Source of the DNA: the human T2T-CHM13v2.0 reference genome, Homo sapiens | Length of the DNA: 64,000 nucleotides | Assembly (NCBI RefSeq): GCF_009914755.1 | Contig: NC_060938.1 | Reading direction: 5' to 3' (one strand) | Shown here: one piece after another, positions 48,696 through 64,000 of the stretch | Layout of the letters: every line of letters starts with the position of its first letter | Numbering within the stretch: position 1 is the stretch's first letter | Notes under the pieces: generated by a model | Told to the model about the DNA's origin: nothing | Seen by the model: the letters and a program-made list of their open reading frames with translations, nothing else | The model's database searches: none | Made by a program: the position numbers and the translations under genes

Positions 48696-51073
48696 GGCAG
48701 TTTCTAACTTTTAGAAGTCGTAACATGATAGATGTTGCTGCTTAAAGATCCTTAAGTTAGTAGGAGATATTTTGCTTAGACTTACTTGATTTCTTCATTT
48801 TTAAGGGGGGAATCTCCTGAATTTTCCATTTTCAGGGTTTTCAAAAGCTGGTCTGGAATAGTAATTTGCAAATCCTAGTGTCTTTTCCATGACAAGATTT
48901 TAATGAATCTACTATGAAATTACAAAAAAGAAAAGTGTAGTGTAGTAATTTTTCTCTTTAACAGGCACTACTGTGAAGAAAGAATCACTTGTAGAACTCT
49001 AAAAAATATGCAGGCCTCTTATCCTCTGGAGATCTGGATTGATCTAGGGCTTGAAGAAAATGGACTGTCTGTGGAATTTTGGTAATTCATGTTATATAAA
49101 AGTTAAGAAACCACTGTCCTATGACCTTACTAACAATGCTTTACCTGAGTCTAAGGTAAGGAAGAATCAGAGACAGAAGAGCTTTAAGATGTGATCCTTT
49201 AGTTTGGTTCCAAGTTTCTAAGACAGACCTTTACTCTAAATTCTTTTTACAGAGAACAGAATCATACTGTAAAGTTCCTTTTAATATCTTTCCCAAAGCC
49301 AGGGAAAATATTATTCCCCATTAAAATTTTACATCAATATGGGGTATTCCTTAAGCTCTTCACGTTCTCTATTGAAACTATTCAATAATTAACACTTTAA
49401 AAATCTGTGTACATGACAGTGCACTGGAGACTGTACATAATAATATGTAAGTTGTCTTATTTCTAGATTGTCTTTCTTAAAAATAGGTTTAAGTTTACAG
49501 TAAAAATCCACTGATGCTTCACTACACCCTCCCACAAATATGTATTCAACACATACATTTTAAAATACGCATCTCACAAGCAATCTCAGTAGACTGAAGG
49601 CACCTAAAGCAAACTAGAAACCTTATTAAGTTAACCCAATAAAACATTTTAAATATATAACTCAAAAAAAAAAAAAAACCAACGCCATCATGAACATTTT
49701 ATTCCAAAAGAATCAGTATGAAATAAAAAAGAGTCTAGAAACACTGTAGGACTTCTTCAAAACAAGGAAACAAACAAAAACTTAGGATGGCTAATAACAG
49801 TACTGTACCAATAGAATTGAAAGCAAGCAAGCAAGCAAAAGGAATCTACCTTAAAACACTGCTGCTGCTGTTAAGGAGACCTAGAAGGGAAAGCAAATGC
49901 TAGAGCAGGCAATAAAGGCTTCTTTAATATATAGTATAGGTTTTACTAATTTGGGCACAAGATATCTTTCTTCTCAGCTGCTTACATTAGTGAAGTTTAT
50001 GGGTGAAAAATGCAATTGCTAACTTGAAGAGTGTTGAAATCCAAACTTGCATACAACAGTACAAAGGTCTAAGAAACCATAGCAGGGACTGGTGAAGTAT
50101 TATTTAGTGAGCTTAGGCCTTACTGCATTTGTCAATCCAAATTTTAAAAACAAATGCCTTACTTACTTTACTCACACAGAAAATTAAGTTTGCAGTATGT
50201 AGTAGAAAGCTGTATACCAACAGAATTCTATAAATTTTAAGTATGTTAAAGCAGACTGTACACAACTTAAACCAGTTTTGACTTCAGCTTTTTTAAAGTT
50301 ATGTAATTTTAAAGCCCAATATTATATCAAAACACAATTGTAAAGCACTGAAATGACTAACAAGTGTTACTTTTTTTTAAGACTTCATACAGTGTCAAAA
50401 TACCCAAGTATTTTTTACTTTTGAAAAGTTTAACTTCACCCACTTTGTGGAGTCATATAAAAGTTTACTAGTTCAGAACCAAACTAAAGAGATGCATATT
50501 TGAGGACACCCTTTCTAGTTAATCCAATCCTCCTCCTTTCAGCACTACTTTTGCCTAACGATTCACCATAGGCATATGACATATATGACAGCAAATACTG
50601 CTTACCCCCTAAATACACAACAGTCTGAAGAACAGGTGCAATACTATTTAGACACACGCTTTTTCCTTCTAAGCCTAAATTTGCCCTGGAAAGGTATTTA
50701 AAAATAAACACAAATACCCAAGAAAGTTAAATAACCCTTTCAAAAAGATGCAGCAATTTTGAGATCCAGGACATGAGCTGTTAACTACCAACAGCTTCCA
50801 AATGTGCAGCCTATCAAAGGTTCACATTATGAGGATCGAGTCAAGCTCAACTATGAAGGGTTCCGAGAACATCTCACTTTGCTTCTCCTGCAAGAGTAAG
50901 TAACATGATATAACTACGTTTCACTTCAAGGGAATATTAAATCTCTTCAGTCGTTTCATAAATACAGCATCGATCGTCTGGTTTGGTTTTTTTATAGATA
51001 AAGAAACGGATGGGGGAAAGGAGATCTAGTGGAGAGTACTGTAAAAAGAAAAATTCAGTGCTGAAAGCGTTGA

Positions 51074-51080
51074 TGAGTCA
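51074..51080 (+). promoter_or_regulatory. AP-1 site TGAGTCA at the island's left flank
   Basis: Exact consensus; function not demonstrable from sequence. Confidence 0.35.
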
Positions 51081-51477
51081 CTAAGTAAGGAATAACTACA
51101 GAGAATCCAAGTGAGTAAGGCAGCATCTCAGGTGAGAAAGTACTTAAAGTTGACGATGGGAAATAAAACTTCACAGGTCAGTCCCAAGTCACTGTGCACC
51201 CTAGCAGCCCAGGAAAGAAGCGTGGCTGTCAAGGGGCAAGCGCGTACCAAGTCTGAGGGAGGGGGCCAGATACGCCAAATCGGAAAGGGGGGTGGTCCGG
51301 AAAAGGGGGGTAAGATGCCTATCCTAGTCCCTCTCTTCGGGCTCTTCATCTCAAGAGGAACAAACAAGAGCAAACTCAGTGTTGAGAGGCCCCAAACCGG
51401 ACTCTCCCACAGAGAGGTGCTCGGTCCCAAGCCCCGGAGGCCCGGGAAGGCCGCCTCCGGAGGAGCCCCCGCAGACG

Positions 51478-51620
51478 CCATACTAAAAGCCAAAATGGCT
51501 GCCCCGAGGAGGCCCGCACCGCGTAGCCAGTGAAGGTTGGGGAGCAAGCTTATGCGGGAAAGAGGGAGGGGGACTCCAGGAAAAGCCGTTGAGAGGACCA
51601 TCACAACCTGAGCAGCACAG
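51478..51620 (+). other. AP4S1: Probable non-coding first exon of AP4S1 (AP-4 sigma subunit)
   Basis: Strong plus-strand donor CAG|GTAGGT at 51620/51621 in the CpG island, and a YY1-type AAAATGGC at 51492. The gene name rests on recalled head-to-head STRN3/AP4S1 adjacency; no AP4S1 coding sequence is in the window. Start approximate. Confidence 0.6.
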
Positions 51621-51736
51621 GTAGGTTCCGCTCGGCCTCCCAAGGCGCCGGCTCCGGCTGAGTGGAGTCCCCAGCCCCACCCCCCGGCCGGGAACCCAGC
51701 CGCCGCAGCTCCCGCACACCGACCCCAACGAGGTAC

Positions 51737-52018
51737 CTGCAGTTCGGCCCGTTCCACCTCCCAGTGCGCCCGCTCCATCTCGAACCGAGCCCACTCGTGC
51801 TGGATGTAGTGCAGTATCCCCGGGATAGTGTACTGCTGCGGCCGGGACAGCTCGGGGCCTGCCGCGGGACCCGCTCCCTCGGAGGCCGGAGGACCCCCGC
51901 CGCCCGCCGCTCCGTTCCCCCCGGGCGAAAGGCCCAGGTTCCCCCCAGGTCCCTGCTGCTGCCGGGGAGGGGCCGCCATCCCCGGGCCGCCACCACCGCC
52001 TCCGGCAAGCTCGTCCAT
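51737..52018 (-). CDS. STRN3: Striatin-3 (SG2NA) coding exon 1, codons 1-94
   Basis: Translation MDELAGGGGGGPGMAAPPRQQQGPGG...YTIPGILHYIQHEWARFEMERAHWEVERAELQ is the STRN3 N-terminus, with the caveolin-binding motif Y-xxxx-W-xx-F and the start of the coiled coil. Ends at CAG|GTACCT; 282 nt, phase 0. Exon 2 (ARIAFLQGERKGQENL..., from recall) was not seen in the window. Confidence 0.97.
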
Positions 52019-52230
52019 TGTGTGTGGGGCCCCGGCCGGGGCGCAGGGCGAGACGCCGACAGCTGGGGGAAGGGCCGGAGAGGGTGGCCCCGCGCTGGCT
52101 GCGGGGCGGAGGCCGGCCGGGAGAGGGGCGGGGAAGGGGTCGTTGCTGTGTGCCTGCCGTGGGTCAGAGCAGGGAGCTGCCGGCTGCCGCCATTACAATC
52201 CCTCCTCCATCTGCCCGTCTCACTCACTCA
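52019..52230 (-). other. STRN3: STRN3 5' UTR part of exon 1 (TSS approximate)
   Basis: GC-rich leader upstream of the ATG with no evident splice acceptor. The upstream limit is an estimate. Confidence 0.6.
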
Positions 52231-53213
52231 CTTTAGGGGAAGGGGGGGCCTCGGCGGGAGGGGTGGGGGGAGAGTTGGGAAGGGGATAGGCGGAGGGCCG
52301 TCACTAGCGCACAGCATGCTGGGTAGCGAACGCAGCCTCACGCTTAATCGCCAAATAGAGTCCGGCCTCACCCTACGCCGGCGCACTGAGAACGCAGCCC
52401 GGGTCGCCGTTAGAGGGCGGGGAAAGAGCTCGGGCTCCGCCCCTAGGCCCGCCCTCAGACCCGATCCGGTGTCTGGCCGCAGCTACCGGACACCTGGGCT
52501 CCGACTCTGACTTTTGGAAGCGAGGCGGCCTTAGGCTTCCTGGTTATCAGTTTCCTTTTAGCAGGCCGTCCCCGGGCGCTGTTTCCTTCCCAGGGGTCTC
52601 TCACCCGTGTCCCGGCTTTCTGAGCTGGTTGTTAACCTGGCTGGTCGCTCTGGCCGACCGCATCCCGTCTCGGATTCCTGACGTTTCTTTTTCATTCTTT
52701 GAGTGTTTCAGGCAGTCCCAAGGGTGGGCCCTCTTTCCCTTCCTGTCACTCGCTCTGCCTCTGGTTTCTTAGAACCAGTCAGTTCTCTGCTGGCAAATAG
52801 CCAAGATCCTCCGGCTGTGGTTACTGATTCCTCGTCTCTGTCTTGAGCCTGGGCTTTGGTCCCATTTCTATGCGCTCGGTCGCCCGTCGTAACTTATTCC
52901 ACTTTGCGTCCCCTCTTCTTTCCTTTTCTGGAATGGGTTGTGGGGGGGTTGGGAGAGGGGGAGGAGCGATTTTTTTTTTCTTGGGAGAAGAAGAGGTAGT
53001 GAATTCCTTTAGATCTTGACGATGATGGGTAGAGGGAGAGAAGTTTGAAGGAGACTGGCTAGACTAACAATTTGATACGGTAGAAATGAATGGGCTCACA
53101 AATATTGTCATCAATAGACTATTTTGATCGAAACAGAAAATAAAAGCACTGTGAGTACAACTTAAAATCCTAGATGAATGTTCTCCTGGGTCATTAAATG
53201 TTTAAGTGAATAT

Positions 53214-56482
<3,269 letters not shown>

Positions 56483-56772
56483 GTTTTTTTTATTTTTTAA
56501 GAAGTACTGATTGGCTACGATTTTTCAGGTGCTCTACTGCTCCCTGCTGATCCACTGTGACCCAGACACGTAATCTCTGCCTTCACAGAGTTTCTAGTCT
56601 AATTTTAGGCAAATACTTAGCACCAACCACTCTGGCTTCCTCAATATTTTGTCCTGATCCGTCTTGAAACTACCTTTCTTGAAACTTCAAGTGTGCTGCC
56701 TATTTAAAGAATTCCAACGGAATGTGACTACGTTCATTTTAATCATGGTTTTATAAATATCAGTAATGCAAT

Positions 56773-57121
56773 TGATATGGTTTGGCTCTGTGTTCCGACC
56801 CAAATCTCATCTCCAATTGTAATCCCCACGTGTCAAGGGAGGGAGGTTATTGGATCATGGGGACGGTTTCCCCCATGCTGTTCTCGTGATAGTGAGTTCT
56901 CAGGAGATCTGATGGTTTTATAAAGGGCTCTTCTCCCTTCAATTTCTCCTGTCTCTCCTGCCCTTCATGTAAGATGTACTTGCTTCCCCTTCTGCCATGA
57001 TTGTAATTTTCCTGAGGCCTCCCCAGCCATGCAGAACTGTGAGTCCATTAAACCTCTTTCCTTTATAAATTACCCAGTCTCAGGAAAGTTCTTTGTAGCA
57101 GTATGAAAACGGACTAATACA
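56773..57121 (+). mobile_element. THE1 (MaLR) solo LTR
   Basis: TGATATGGTTTGGCT...GGACTAATACA; 5-bp TSD GCAAT/GCAGT; ATTAAA near 57047. Confidence 0.9.
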
Positions 57122-57731
57122 GCAGTCTTTGACTTCATCCTTCTTAGACCATAAAGTCATTTATCTGAAGGATTGCAGCCTTGTAGAAGGGAAGGACCTC
57201 TACCCCTCTTGTTCAAAACTGTACCCCAAGAGTCTGGGAAAGGGTGGATCTTCAAATGTTTGATGAATAACTCAAATTTAGACTAGACTAATATGAATAT
57301 TTTTTCGTCACGTCAATCATTTTTGTTAGTTGTTACTGTCATTATACCAGTTGTCTCTTAAAGTTCAATAACCAGAACTGCCCTGAGTTTTGAAAGTAAA
57401 GAACACCAATATTTCCTCCTCTATTGGAAAAATATTTTGTAAACTCTTGATGTTGTGCTTTGGTTCATGATTCCTGATGACACTCTGGAGAGAGCTTCTA
57501 GAATCTTGTCCTCTGTAGATAATGAGCTCACCCAAGCCACATTATCACCTACAACTCACCTAACTGGAACTATCTCCCTAAACTGTGGCTGAGTCATTTC
57601 CTCTCTTAAAGCTCACGTTCGAAACTTCCTATTTGTTCTGTCCTTTCATCAGTCCTGTTCATGCCTCCTCCATGCCCATAGATTCTCCCAGTTTCAATCT
57701 GTTGCTGATAATCTTCAACAATGCCTATTTG

Positions 57732-63805
<6,074 letters not shown>

Positions 63806-64000
63806 CATATTTAGCAAGAGCTGTAACATGTTGCTACACTTTATTGTGAAATTCAAAATAACATAAAGTGCTTCTGGGCTAAGGACAACCAAGCAGGCCA
63901 CCTGAAAAGTCTCTGTGTTCTACTCTGACGACTGATCTGAATGAGGATGGTACCAAGTTCAGATACACTTCTGTAAACTTGGCTTGGATAACATTTGCCT

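Larger units (their letters stand above)
51240..52900. promoter_or_regulatory. CpG island / shared promoter region of STRN3 and AP4S1
   Basis: Sharp rise in GC and CpG content, repeat-free. GGGCGG boxes near 52105, 52126 and 52415; YY1-type motifs at 51492-51499 (+) and 52186-52194 (-, AATGGCGGC). Confidence 0.9.

Noticed and set aside
51128-51736. C-terminal ~200 aa of the 296-aa minus-strand ORF
   Set aside because: Read-through past the exon 1 donor. Striatin similarity stops exactly at ELQ|GT, and GC-rich DNA has few stops.
51601-52510. Overlapping 150-280 aa ORFs on both strands in the CpG island
   Set aside because: Low-complexity Pro/Gly/Arg/Ala shadows of GC-rich sequence; no recognisable protein.

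Overview
Human genomic DNA; an AluYa5 matching the subfamily consensus marks it as human. It is recognisable as the STRN3/AP4S1 locus (chr14q12, from recall). The only real coding sequence is STRN3 exon 1 (minus strand, 52018-51737, 94 codons, phase-0 donor) in a CpG island. Positions 1-51736 are STRN3 intron 1. That intron carries the MIR624 hairpin (40475-40571, minus) and a decayed IFT20 retrocopy (~44010-44671, plus). A plus-strand non-coding first exon ending at a strong donor (51620) fits AP4S1, so the two 5' ends overlap and the genes start facing each other. The rest is very repeat-dense: roughly 90 Alu pieces by eye, old L1M fragments, a short L1PA, LTRs (THE1, MST, MER4, ERVL types), MER2/MER20/MER58/Tigger, MIR and L2. 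I found no securely supported new biological system. The best leads are a well-formed poison-type cryptic exon in STRN3 intron 1, an IFT20 retrocopy with an X-box, a 91-aa ORF and an AATAAA, stop-start uORFs on YY1-type motifs in both leaders, and the convergent promoter layout. Repeat boundaries and subfamily names are by-eye estimates.
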